From assembly GCA_036785375.1 (NCBI GenBank), contig JAWMAR010000424.1, positions 186,001 to 250,000 on the forward strand: a DNA stretch of 64,000 nucleotides. The letters are read 5' to 3'. The DNA is from Leucoraja ocellata (taxonomy: Eukaryota). This document shows, in pieces, positions 35,421 to 47,258 of the stretch. The position numbers and the translations under genes are program-made. Numbering within the stretch: position 1 is the first letter of the stretch; each line of letters starts with the position of its first letter. The notes beneath the pieces were generated by a model. The model was given only the letters and a program-made list of their open reading frames with translations. It was not told where the DNA came from and did not search any database.

Positions 35421-35744
35421 TCAGAACTTCAAGTTATAGGGATGTCACTGATGGAACTGTCCCAGGTAAAGATGCCATTGCTACTGGTAGGGCATAGGGA
35501 GGTGGACATCTCACAAGATTATCTAACTCCTCCTCATTTTCATTACCAAATAGGGTCGTCGTGCCAGACATGAAGTCTCCTCCAGAGGATTTACCAGTAC
35601 TGGGTTTATTTTTTACGAACCATCACCTGTTTCTCACCTCCTGTCTGTCTTTTAATTCTATTCTCTTGTTCCTCTGCCCACTGGCATTCTAGTTGCAATA
35701 ATTTCCATCCTTTCCTAGTGCTATCCTAGTTTCTTAACTCTATC

Positions 35745-36678
35745 AAGCAAAGTTACAAAATTGTGAGATTTAAAAAAAATCAAATCTGCAATTTATCCCA
35801 TCAGATAAAGCATAACAATAAGTTTAATTTGACACCTAATTCACTTTCATATCTCAAGTAATAAAAATATTATGGCCATTTTCATACTCGGAAATTAGCA
35901 TCTTGTTCCCTATTGATTTTCTATGGACATAACAAAAAACTGTGATCATGGACAGTCAAAAGCCCATAACCTTCTTAAAAATTAAGAGAACTGAATGAAA
36001 TTTTCAGTTATCATAGATTGAACCATTCTGACACAAATATAAAATAATCTTACTTGGATGACCTGAAATTAAAGCATATAATTAGTTAGTTACCCAATTG
36101 TAGCTAATTTCAAACTTCAATTACTAGATCTAAACATCTATCCAATTCTTAATAAATGACTAACATTTTTAAACAGCCTAAGTGTCCAAATAATATTCAC
36201 AAATAATTCACAATAAAACATGATTTTTAAATCTCATTTACATCAATTTATAGGCCAAATGGAAGGAATTTAGTGTTCAATTGCTGTAAATTAAAGTCTA
36301 TTTTAAATCGGCTTTCTAGTGGGTTCCTGTGAAGAAAAATACTGCGGGATATAAAAAGCCCAAAATGAGCTACTCGCAATAGAAAAATTTACAGGGTTCT
36401 TAAGAAGCCCCTTTTAATGTAAAAATAAAGTACATACCGGTACTTGTTTGCTTTATAAAACCCTGGGACTGCGAGAGGTCGCGGATCTAGAGAATGACCT
36501 CCAAACTACTACAACCACCATACAAGGCCATAAAAACCAATAACACCCTTTGCGACGGGGTCCCCCAGCGACTTTCCGTCAATGATTCACTAGGCTGAAC
36601 ATTTTTGACTGCAACAGCCCAGTAAAAATCGCGTTTTAAACCTGCCCCCTCTAAACAGCGCCAAAATCACGCACACGG
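35745..36678. mobile_element. Second copy of the ~1-kb DNA transposon, right end missing, inside the ERV
   Basis: Collinear with 467-1446. Similarity stops at GCACACGG, about 50 bp short of the right TIR. Confidence 0.8.
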
Positions 36679-37029
36679 CCTCGTCTTACATGCAGTATCC
36701 ATCCAACTTCGAACTCTACTCTCCTCATGCTTCTCCTCTGTTCCTGATTTCCATGTTTTAATTCCTTTCTTCCATTTCTTTCCTGTCTTCCTTTCCCATA
36801 TCAACACCTCTGCTTATTTAATTGTCTCAACATTCCATGTGCCCCCTACTGGCCAGGCTTCATCCCCCAACCGTTTGGTCAACTTGTAACTTAACATTCT
36901 AAATTTCTTATTATACTTAGGATTCAAATAACACATATATTGGACCGGTATCCAGAGCATTCCCCATAGATAGATAGAAAGAAAGAGAGAGAAAAAATAC
37001 TTCTTAATTCCGAATCGTTCCAAATATAT

Positions 37030-37635
37030 CAACCAGGCCGACCCACTAAATGAGACCCCAGTTTCTCAACTTGGCTGACTTTTTAATTCCGAATAGTTCC
37101 AAATATTCAACCAGGCCGACTCGCTACCCGAGACCCCAGTTTCTCAATTTGGCTGACTTTTTATTTAACTCTTTAATATACGACCCAAGTGTCTCAACGA
37201 AGCCGACTTGCTAACCAAGACCCCCGTTTCTCAACCTGGCAGACGTCTTAACTCTTAAAATAAGCCCCAGGTGTCTCAACGAAGCAGACCCGCGAACCGG
37301 GACCCCCGTTTCTCAACCTAGCAGACTTCTTAATTCTTTAATATACAACGCCACTTATTTCTCAATCCGACAACGCTTCGGATGTCTCAATAAGCCAGAC
37401 GCACACCTCAACCCCTGTATCTCAACCCGACAAATCACGGATATCTCAACAAGGCTGATGAGCCCTTAGTAGAGAGAGAGAAAGAAAACAAAGAGAGATA
37501 GACAGAGAGAGAAAAAGAGAAAGAGAAACCGCTCAAGTCCTTCTTAAAAATATACACAATTCCATCTTAAAAATACATACACAATTCCGTCTTAAAAATA
37601 CATACACAATTCCGTCTTAAAAATACATACACAAT
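37030..37635. repeat. Tandem repeats in the ERV 5' leader
   Basis: Repeated GACCCC(A/C)GTTTCTCAAC units (37030-37460) and three ACACAATTCC(G/A)TCTTAAAAATACAT units (37553-37635). Confidence 0.8.
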
Positions 37636-37866
37636 CCCTTCTTTAAAAAAAACCCACATAAAGCCCAACTGGTCTTACCTTTGTCTGTTGCTAAGAACCT
37701 CGGCAGGGAACCAATTCAATCTCTGATGAAGGATCACAGACGTTCCCGGGAGTTTCTAGGGAGTCGGTCTTACAAGGGGGCCGATAGAGCTCAGTTATCT
37801 CCCTTCCAATACCGGCAACCTCCGCAACCTCTTGCACAGTCAGCCGTTGATGTGGTCCCAGCGAGG

Positions 37867-37883
37867 CCTGCATAACTACGCCA
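37867..37883 (-). promoter_or_regulatory. ERV primer-binding site, tRNA-Ser-like (imperfect)
   Basis: TGGCGTAGTTATGCAGG one base from the 5' LTR, versus TGGCGTAGTCGGCAGG expected for vertebrate tRNA-Ser. Confidence 0.65.
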
Positions 37884-37884
37884 A

Positions 37885-38496
37885 TGAAAAAGCTACTTAT
37901 CTTAACTACTAAACCAGGTTCGCTTCTTAATAAACAGACACCACACAAACTGTTTGGTAGACCAGTTCAAAACTTTACTTAACATCGGCCGATGGAAGGG
38001 AGGGAGAACTCCAGTCAAGTGACCAACACAGACACTTGACTGTCCTCAGTCACCTTCCCTGAACAACAGAATTACATTGCTTTAAATAGGTTTTTTGTCC
38101 CCTTATCACATTCCACAGACATTAGTCATGGTCAGAAGTACTGGAAAAGGTTTCCACAGAATGCATCACATCCAACCTTTTTTTTACATGGTACAAGATA
38201 TACTAAAAACATTGTATATCTTCTTTGTCACTTGGTCCCTCATAAACATAGACCATCTGTTTACAAAGATGTGACTGGCTATTCCTCTTCTTCCTTTATT
38301 GCCTCCTCCCCATAAACATTGGTCATTTGATCTCTACTTCAAAGATATCTCTAGCTCCTTCACTTGGGAGACAATGTTATCTCACACACCCCGCAACCTG
38401 AGGAAAGCCTAATTTGACACTAAATATAAGGTGTAAGCTAGCCCAGAAACCAATTTAATATCTTCTTATATTTTTAACTAAAACTCGGCTTCATCA
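37885..38496 (-). repeat. ERV 5' LTR
   Basis: Adjacent to the PBS. 612 bp with TG..CA ends. Confidence 0.95.
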
Positions 38497-38949
38497 ATTT
38501 CATTCCAAAGAGGAAGATGGAGGATCATTTCATTCCAAAGAGGAAGAAAGATTCTAAGGGGAGTAAGAGGCGACCATGGCAGCAATTGAAGTTAGGGATA
38601 GAATAAAACTAAAGGAAAAGGTGTATAACATAGCAAAGAGTAGCGGGAAACCAGAGGATTGGGAAATATTCAAAGGACAACAGAAGGTAACAAAAAGGAC
38701 AATACGGGATTAAAAGATGAAGTGCGAAGGGAAGCTGGCCAAGAATATAAAGGAGAATAAAAGCTTCTTTATGTATGTTAAGAGAAAAATATTTAGTAGG
38801 TGTTTCTGTCCTCTAGTGATATAACTACCCAGAAAACACAACAGTGAATAGAACTGGTTCATTTGACTCTCCATTAATGAAGCTGGATCATTGTGTTTTA
38901 ATTCTTGTAATTTTTCATTTATTTTGTGTTTTTTAAAACAATTGTTACT

Positions 38950-39504
38950 TCACCAATTTTGAAATTTCAACTATCCAGGAGCAATAGGCAGGGATGCGCA
39001 TTAAAGCCCCTGCTATTTGCTCTTGTGATAGAGCCCCTAGCAGAAAGTATAAGAATGCATCCGAATATCCATGGTTATAATACCAAACACTCAAACAATA
39101 AAATTTCATTATATGCAGATGACGTATTATTATACATTACAAAATCGCAAATCAGCATACCAAATATATTAAGTTTAATAGAGGAATTTGGTTCCTTTTC
39201 AGGATATAGAATAAATTGGAATAAAAGCGAAATTATGACGATAAAACCTCAAGAGACGACACCTTTTAAAATTCCCCTTTAGAATTGCAACAGAAAGATT
39301 TAAATATTTGGGTATCCAAATTACAAGAAAATTTAAATCTTTATTTAATGCAAACTATATGCCTTTTCTAACTAAATTAAATGTGTTGGAAAAAACTCCC
39401 GATGTCTTTAATAGGCAGAATAAATGCTATAAAAATGATTTTTTGACCACAAATTTTGTATTTATTTCAATCAATACCAATATACCTTCCTAAAAAATTA
39501 TTTT
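38950..39504 (+). mobile_element. L1-clade LINE RT fragment (truncated duplicate of 47485-52693)
   Basis: RQGCALKPLLFALVIEPLA..ISLYADDVLLY..SGYRINWNKSE. Confidence 0.88.
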
Positions 39505-40351
39505 AAAAATGGTTCTGACTGTCATCCCTACCTGCGCCTCTCATAATTTGATATACTTCAATCAGGTTTTTCTACAACCTCTGGCATTCCAGAGAAAACA
39601 ATCCAAGTCTGTCCAAGCTCTCCCTGTAGCTAATGCCCTTGAATCCTTCCATTCTGTGAAATCTCCTCTGCACTCTCTCCAAACCTTCCAGACCCTTCCT
39701 GTAATGGGGTGAACAGAAGTGTGAAAACGCACACCTCCAGATTCATGTACAGTTTCTTCCCAGCTATTATCAGGCAGCAGAACCACCCTACCACAAGTGG
39801 AGAGTAGTCCTGAACTACTATCTACTTCATTCGTGACCTTTGGACTATCTTTAATCTGACTTTACTGGTTTTATTTTGCACTAGGGGTAATTCCCTTATC
39901 ATGCATCTGTACACTGTGAATGGTTTGATGTAATCATGTATTGTCTTTCCACTGACTGGTTAGCATGCAACCAAACTATTTTATGTACCTCTTTACATGT
40001 GACAATAAACTAAACTGACGTGAAACAGAACTGCCCACAACAGTCTAAATGCAGGTGAAACAAAGTCCCATGAAGCTGAATCATGACTTCCTGACTCTTA
40101 TATTCAAAGCCCCAACCAATGAATGCAAGCACACCATGTGCCTACTTTATCATATTAATGTCTTCAGATGCTAATGGTTCTAACATTCCTAACTCTGATG
40201 AAGAGACCCCAGCCTGAGGAAATGACCCTGTTCCATTCCCTGGCAATGTTTTGGACCTGCTTAGTGCTTCCAGTATTGTCTGCTTTTGTTTTCTATCTCC
40301 AGCACCTGCAGTCTCTTCCTCTAATATTTAAATGTACATTTTTTAATGCAG

Positions 40352-40663
40352 CTCGACCAAACGTTATATTGACACAGTCCATCACAACTGAGAAAGGTTC
40401 AGAAGTTTCTCTGACATGCAAAGCCAGTGGATTTTACCCTCGACCGATAAAGATCACCTGGGTGAAGATAACAGGAAGAAGAAATGTTTCCATGACTAAC
40501 TATACAACTCAAATCACTGCCAATGGTGATCGCACTTTCAATGCTGAGAGTGTACTGAAGATTCACCTGACATTGAAGGATAATGGTGATCAATACAGAT
40601 GCGTTGTGACACATCAAACATTACTGAATGGTCTCACAATAGAACTTTCTCTCATCGTGACAG
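40352..40663 (+). CDS. NCR3LG1: IgC1-domain exon, copy A, of B7-H6-like protein
   Basis: TTTTTTAATGCAG acceptor, G|GTGAGT donor, 312 nt, phase 1-1. LTCKASGFYPRPIKITW..YRCVVTHQTL C1-set motifs. Confidence 0.82.
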
Positions 40664-41480
40664 GTGAGTTGAACACAGTGCGAGAGTCTAGGACCAGAGG
40701 CTACAGCCTCAGAATCAAGGACGCACCTTTAGACAGATGTGGAGGAATTTCTTTAGTCAGAGGGCGGTGAATCTGTGGAATTCATTGCCACAGACGACTG
40801 TGGAGGCCAAGTCATTGGGCATTTTTAAGACAGATTGTTGGATTCTTGATTAGTACGGGTGTCGGGGTTATGGGGACAAGCTAGGAGATTGCGATTGGGT
40901 GGGAAAGATAGATCAGCCATAATTGAAAGGTGGAGTAGACTTGATGAATTAGTCTGAATTGCCTAATTCTGCTCCTATCATATGAATTTGAACTTATCTA
41001 AGCATTTGGCCCTTATCCCTCTAAACTTTTCCTATCCATGTACTGTACAAAAATCTTTTAAATGCTGTTATAGTACCAGCCCCAACTCTCTCCTCTGGCA
41101 GCTTGTTCCATTTACCCACCGCCCTCTGAATGTGACCGTTTCCCCTCAGCTTCCTATCTTTCCCCACTCACCTATGTCCCCTGGTTCTTGATTCCCCTTG
41201 GCTGGGGGGTAAAAGTCTCTGTGCATCCACCCCATCTATTCCTCTCATGATTCAATACACGTTTAATAATTAAATAATTAGAGGTGTCAGCCTTTTGTAA
41301 TGAGCGCTGATGTACATCATCCATGAATAAAGTGAGGGGTCAGATGTGAAGTGCATCAGGACCCTCAGCTCTGGAGATAACTGTTTCACTGATGGTGTCA
41401 GTGTGTGGCTCAGCGGCAAAATGGATTCAGGGCAATGAGCAGTGTTCCACAGTTGAATCACCACCGGTTCAATGCTTGTC

Positions 41481-44400
41481 CCGGGAACCGTTGGGGCGAG
41501 TGGAGGAGGGTCAGGGCTGTGAGTATTTAATTCAAGCGAGGGGCTTGCTTTCACAGAGGCCCGGGAATCGTTGGAGCGAGTGGAGGAGGGTCAGGGCTTT
41601 TACTGAAATCTGTAACGTTCCACACTCCATAGGGAGGGTTCTGGTGTAAGCCGCTGATTGGCGGAAGCAGACTAGAGGAAGCAGCTGATTGGGTGCAACC
41701 TCACGTTAGCATTTCTGCTTTCTGGTTAAAGGTACAGTGCTTTAGTAAAGGTACAGTGAGCCAAGGGTACAGTGCGCTAAAGGTACAGTGCTTTTTGTTT
41801 ATATAATTTAAGGTGCAGTTTAAAGGTCACGAGGGAGCAGCTGTTGTGAGTCAGATACCTGCTGATTTCTCCCAGCAGTTTCTATTGTATTATACTGGTA
41901 TCGGATCCAGGGTAAGGCGGGAGAATGACAGTCAGAGCAGTATACTGTTCTGGATGTCAGATGTGGGAGGTCATGGTGTCGGATGGCCCTCCAGACGTCC
42001 ACATCTGCACCAGGTGCAGAGAGATGGGGCTCCTAAGGGACCGTATTAGGATCCTGGAGCAGCAGCTCGATGACCTCTGTCTGGTCAGGGAGAGTGACGA
42101 GGTCATAGAGGGGAGTTATAGAGAGGTGGTCACTCCAAAACCACGGGAGAGAGACATGTGGGTCACACTAAGGAATGGCAAGGGGCAGAGGCAGGAACGA
42201 GTGAGTACTCCAATGTCGGTACACCTCGCAAATAAGTACTCCTGTTTGAGTACGGATGGGGGTGACAGCCTACCCGGGGGTAGTGACAGCGGACGGGCCT
42301 CCAGCACAGAGACCGGCCCTGTTGCTCCGAAAGGTAGGGACAAAAAGAGGGCAATAGTAATTGGGGACTCTATTGTTAGGGGGTCGGATAGGCGATTCTG
42401 TGGATGCAGTCGGGAGACCAGGATGGTGTTCTGCCTCCCTGGTGCCAAGGTCTCGGACGTGTCTCAACGCGTCCAAGATATTCAGAAATCAGAGGGAGAG
42501 GAGCCTGAGGTCGTGGTACATATAGGTACCAATGACATAGGTAAAAAAAAGGAAAGAGGTCCTGAAGGGAGGATTTAGGGAGTTGGGAGGAGAGTTAAGG
42601 AAAAGGGCCAAAAACGTAACAATCTCAGGATTACTGCCTGTGCCACGCGACAGTGAGAGTAGGAATGGAGCGAGGTGGAGGATAAATGCGTGGCTGAAAG
42701 ACTGGTGCAGAGGGCAGGGATTCAAGTTTCTGGATCATTGGGACTTCATTTGGGGAAGGTGGGACTTGTACAGAAAGGATGGGTTGCAATTGAACCCGAG
42801 GGGGACCAATATCTTAGCGGGGAAATTTGCAAAGGCTACTGGGGAGACTTTAAACTCGAATGGTTGGGGTGAGGACCTCAAATAGAGAAAGCTAGTAGAC
42901 AGAATGGGAGGCAGGAAGCAGAAAAGGGAAGCACTCGGACACAAGAGGAGAAAGAAGAAAAAGGAAATAAACAGAGAATAAGAGGCGGGGGGTTTCTTAA
43001 ATGTGCATATTTTAATGCTAGGAGCATTGTAAGAAAGGTGGATGAGCTTAGAGTCTGGATAGACACCTGGAAGTATGATGCTGTGGCGATCAGTGAAACG
43101 TGGTTGCAGGAGGGCTGTGATTGGAAACTAAATATTCCCGGATTTCGTTGCTTCAGGTGTGATTGAATTGGAGGGGCAAGAGGTGGAGGTGTTGCATTGC
43201 TAGTCAGGGAAGATATTACAGCAGTGCTTTGGCAGGATAGATTGGAGGGCTCATCTAGGGAGGCTATTTGGGTGGAACTGAGAAGTGGGAAAGGTGTAGC
43301 AACACTTATGGGGGTGTATTATAGACCGCCAAATGGGGATCGAGAATTGGAAGAGCAAATATGTAAGGAGATAGCAGATATTAGTAGTAAGCACAAGGTA
43401 GTGATTGTGGGAGATTTCAACTTTCCACACATAGACTGGGAAACACATTCTGTAAATGGGCTTGATGGTTGGAGTTTGTAAAATGTGTGCAGGATAGTTT
43501 TTTGCAACAATACATAGAGGTACCTACTAGAGGAGGGGCAGTGCTGGACCTCCTGTTAGGAAATGAGACGGGACAGGTGGCGGAGGTATGCGTTGGGGAG
43601 CACTTCGGGTCCAGTGATCACAATACCATTAGTTTCAATATAATTATGGAGGGTCAGAACTGGACCTAGGGTTGAGATTTTTGATTGGAGAAAGGCTAAC
43701 TTTGATTAGATGCGAAATGATTTAAAAGGAGTGAACGGACATTTTGTTTTATGGGAAGGATATAGAAGAGAAATGGACGACATTTAAAGGGGATATTTTA
43801 AGAGTACAGAATCTTTATGTTCCTGTTCGGTTGAAAGGAAACAGTAAAAATTGGAAAGAGCCCTGGTTTTCAAGGGAAATTGGACATCTTGTTCGGAAAA
43901 AGAGGGAGATCTACAATAATTATAGGCAGCATGAAGTAAATCAGGTGTTTGAGGAGTATAACGAATGTAAAAAGAATCTCAAGAAAGAAATTAGAAAAGC
44001 TGAAAGAAGATATGAGGTTGCTTTGGCAAGTAAGGTGAAAGTAAATCCAAAGGGTTGCTACAGCTATATTAATAGCAAAAGGATAACGAGGGATTAAATT
44101 GGTCCATTGGAGAGACAGAGTGGAGAGCTATCTGCAGAGGCAAAAGAGATGGGGGAGATATTGAACAATTTAATTTCTTCGGTATTCACCAAGGAGAAGG
44201 ATATTGAATTATGTGTGGTAAGGGAAACTAGTAGAGTAGCTATGGATACTATGAGTTTCAAAGTAAAAGAAGTACTGACATTTTTGAAAAATATAAAAGT
44301 GGATAAGTCTCCAGGTCCTGGCAGGATATTCCCATGAACATTAAGGGAAGTTAGTGTAGAAATAGCAGGGGCTATGACAGAAATATTTCAAATGTCATTA

Positions 44401-45880
44401 GAAAAGGGAATAGTCCCCGAGGATTGGCGTACTGCGCATGTTGTTCCATTGTTTAAAAAGGGTTCTAAGAGTAAACCTAGCAGTTATAGACCTGTTAGTT
44501 TGACTTCAGTGGTGGGCAAATGAATGGAAAAGATACTTAGAGATAATATATATAAGCATCTGGATAAACAGGGTCTGATTAGGAACAGTCAACATGGATT
44601 TGTGCCTGGAAGGTCATGTTTGACTAATCTTCTTGAATTTTTTGATGAGGTTACTAGGGAAATTGACGAGGATAAAGCAGTGGATGTTGTCTAAATGGAC
44701 TTTAGTAAGGCCTTTGACAAGGTTCCTTATGGAAGGTTGGTTAAGAAGGTTCAACTGTTGGGTATAAATGCAGGAGTAGCAAGATGGATTCAACAGTGGC
44801 TGAATGGGAGATGCCAGAAGGTAATGGTGGATGGCTGTTTGTCGGGTTGGAGGCAGGTGACTAGTGGGGTGCCTCAGGGATCTGTGTTGGGTCCTTTGTT
44901 GTTTGTCATGTACATCAATGATCTGGATGAAGGGGTGGTAAATTGGATTAGTAAGTATGCAGATGATACCAAGATAGGGGGATGTTGTGGATAATGAAGA
45001 GAATTTCCAAAGTCTACAGAGTGATTTAGGCCATTTGGAAGAATGGGCTAAAAGATGGCAGATGGAGTTTAATGCTGATAAATGTGAGGTGCTACACCTT
45101 CGCAGGACAAATCAAAATAGGACGTACATGGTAAATGGTAGGGAATTGAAGAATGCAGTTGAACAGAGGGATCTGGGAATAACCGTGCATAGTTCCTTGA
45201 AGGTGGAATCTCATATAGACAGGGTGGTAAAGAAAGCTTTTGGTATGCTAGCCTTTATAAATCAGAGCATTGAGTATAGAAGCTGGGATGTAATGTTAAA
45301 ATTGTACAAGGCATTGGTGAGACCAAATCTGGAGTATGGTGTACAATTTTGGTCGCCCAATTATAGGAAGGATGTCAACAAAATAGAGAGAGTACAGAGG
45401 GGATTTACTAGAATGTTGCCTGGGTTTCAACAACGAAGTTACAGAGAAAGGTTGAATAAGTTAGGTCTTTATTCTCTGGAGCGCAGAAGGTTAAGGGGGG
45501 ACTTGATAGAATTCTTTAAAATGATGAGAGGGATAGACAGAGTTGACGTGGACAAGCTTTTCCCTTTGAGAATAGGGAAGATTCAAACAAGTGGACATGA
45601 CTTCAGAATTAAGGGACAGAACTTTAGGGGTAACATGAGGGGGAACTTCTTTCCTCAGAGAGTGGTAGCGGTGTGGAATGAGCTTCCAGTGGAAGTGGTG
45701 GAGGCAGGTTTGTTGGTATAATTTAAAAATAAATTGGATAGGCATATGGATGAGAAGGGAATGGAGGGTTATGGTATGAGTGCAGGCAGGTGGGACTAAG
45801 GGAAAATAATTGTTCGGCACGGAATTGTAGGGCCGAGATGGCGTGTCTCCGTGCTGTAATTGTTATATGGTTATATGGTC
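41481..45880 (+). mobile_element. Full-length CR1 LINE with 5' UTR repeats, ORF1 and ORF2; multiple stops and frameshifts
   Basis: 5' UTR with two GGGAA(C/T)CGTTGG(G/A)GCGAGTGGAGGAGGGTCAGGGCT and three GGTACAGTG repeats. ORF1 from 41925, EN-RT motifs, TATGGTTA tail. Empty site at ~56790. Confidence 0.93.
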
Positions 45881-45999
45881 ATCTGGTTATGTCTAACAAG
45901 TCATGTTCTAGAAAATTAATCTAGATATATACAACTTTGCAGATTGCCATATGTCTGGAAACTTGTACATAAAGGACCACTGATCATTCCCAGAGTCTG

Positions 46000-46300
46000 G
46001 GGCAGCACAGAATTGCATCAAGTAGAGTTGCTGCCTCATGGCTCCAGAGACCGGGGTTCGATCCTGACCACGGGTGCCGTCTGTGGGGAGTTTGCCCGTG
46101 CTCCCTGTAACCACGTGGGTTTCCTCCAGGTGCTCCAGTTTCCACCAGCATCACAAGGACGTGCAGGATTGTAGGTTAATTGGCCCTCTGTAAATTGCCC
46201 CTAGTTTGTAGGGAGAAGATGAGAAAGTGGGATAACATAGAACTAGTGTGAACAGGTGATCGATGGTCAGCATGGTCTTGGTGGGCTTTAGGGTCTGATC
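46000..46300 (+). mobile_element. HE1-like tRNA-derived SINE (duplicate at ~56890-57190)
   Basis: GTAGAGTTGCTGCCTCA..GGTTCGATCC B-box head followed by the conserved body. Confidence 0.7.
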
Positions 46301-47119
46301 AATCAATTCAATCTCTCAATTCAATTCAATACAATTCATCAAATCAAGGATTATTAACACATTCCTGGCCATTTAAGTCAATCTATTGCTTCTTTTATTC
46401 AAAGACCAGAAATCAAATTACTCTTTAATTATAATCTGCATCATGGTGATGATATGTATAATCCTTGGAATCTTAAATGCTGCAGCTGTTTCACACCCGG
46501 GAAATAAACACAATATGTACCAGTTAAGTACAGAACCTAGAACAGTACAGCACAGGAGCAGGCCCTTCAGCCCACAATGTTGAACATGATGCCAAGATAA
46601 ACTCATCTTCTCTGCCTGTGTGTGGTCCATGTCCCTCCATTCCCTGCATATCCATGTGTCTATTTATAAACCTCCCAAACGCCACTATCGTTCGTATCTG
46701 CCTCCACCACACATAGCAGTGCAGTTCTCGGCATCCACTCTCTGTTTAAAAACATGCCCTGTACAACTTTACTCTTCTCACCTTAAAACTATGCTCTCCA
46801 GATTCTCACTAATACACCCTGGGTAAATATTCTGACTATACCTTATCTATTTCTCTCACAATTGTATATACTTCCATCAGTTCTCCCCTCCACTTCCGTC
46901 ATTCCAAAGAAAACAATCCAAATCTGTCCAACCTCTCAGTGTCGTTGATACCCCTAATCCAAGCAAGTGCTCTGATAAACCTCTTCTGCACCCTTTCCAA
47001 AGCCTCCACATTCTTTATGTTATGGGGTGACCAGAACTACACCAATTCCATGAAGGATTAAACCAATCTGATAAGTAGAATAAGTTAGTGATACATTCTG
47101 TGGAATATTGTACATAAAT

Positions 47120-47258
47120 CAAAGTGCTGGAGGAACTGAACGGGTCAGGCAGCATCTGTGGAAGGAATGGAGAGGTGATGTTCCCTCCACAGATGCTGCC
47201 TGACCCACTGAGTTCCTCCAGCACTTTGTGTTTTGTTCAAGATTCCAGCATCTGCAGA
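47120..47258. repeat. Penelope-derived palindrome (duplicate at ~58020-58157)
   Basis: ~43-bp arms CAAAGTGCTGGAGGAACT..GCAGCATCTGTGGA and TCCACAGATGCTGC..AGTTCCTCCAGCACTTTG. Confidence 0.8.

Larger units (their letters stand above)
32196..38496 (-). mobile_element. Class I (gamma/epsilon-like) endogenous retrovirus, non-autonomous
   Basis: 612-bp TG..CA LTRs (32196-32807 and 37885-38496), ATTT TSD, tRNA-Ser-like PBS and PPT AAAAGGATGGAA. Remnants of gag MA (MGNAL..WPVGGTWN), RNase H (VIIKCTAH..KGN..AD) and integrase (CKIC, QIDFIEMP, DLFSRW, HPQVSG). Confidence 0.93.
31100..38795 (+). mobile_element. Degenerate CR1 (ORF1 end and endonuclease), split by the ERV into 31100-32195 and 38497-38795
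   Basis: GITETWL, IYRPPNS and SDHN motifs. Sequence GCAGGATCATTT|CATTCCAAAG rejoins across the ERV. Confidence 0.8.

Noticed and set aside
36700-36967. Link between this ERV gag remnant and the Gag-derived tail of human B7-H6
   Set aside because: The ERV is antisense, recent, frameshifted and in the V-C1 intron. Coincidental.
40168-40351. Hydrophobic N-terminal extension of the 200-aa C1 ORFs as a signal or TM segment
   Set aside because: Lies upstream of a clear splice acceptor and appears to derive from a degenerate Penelope-type repeat.
46386-46583. Hydrophobic ORF (LIIICIMVMICIILGIL) as a TM exon, also at 57277
   Set aside because: No convincing flanking splice sites. A much better TM exon exists at 58240-58341.
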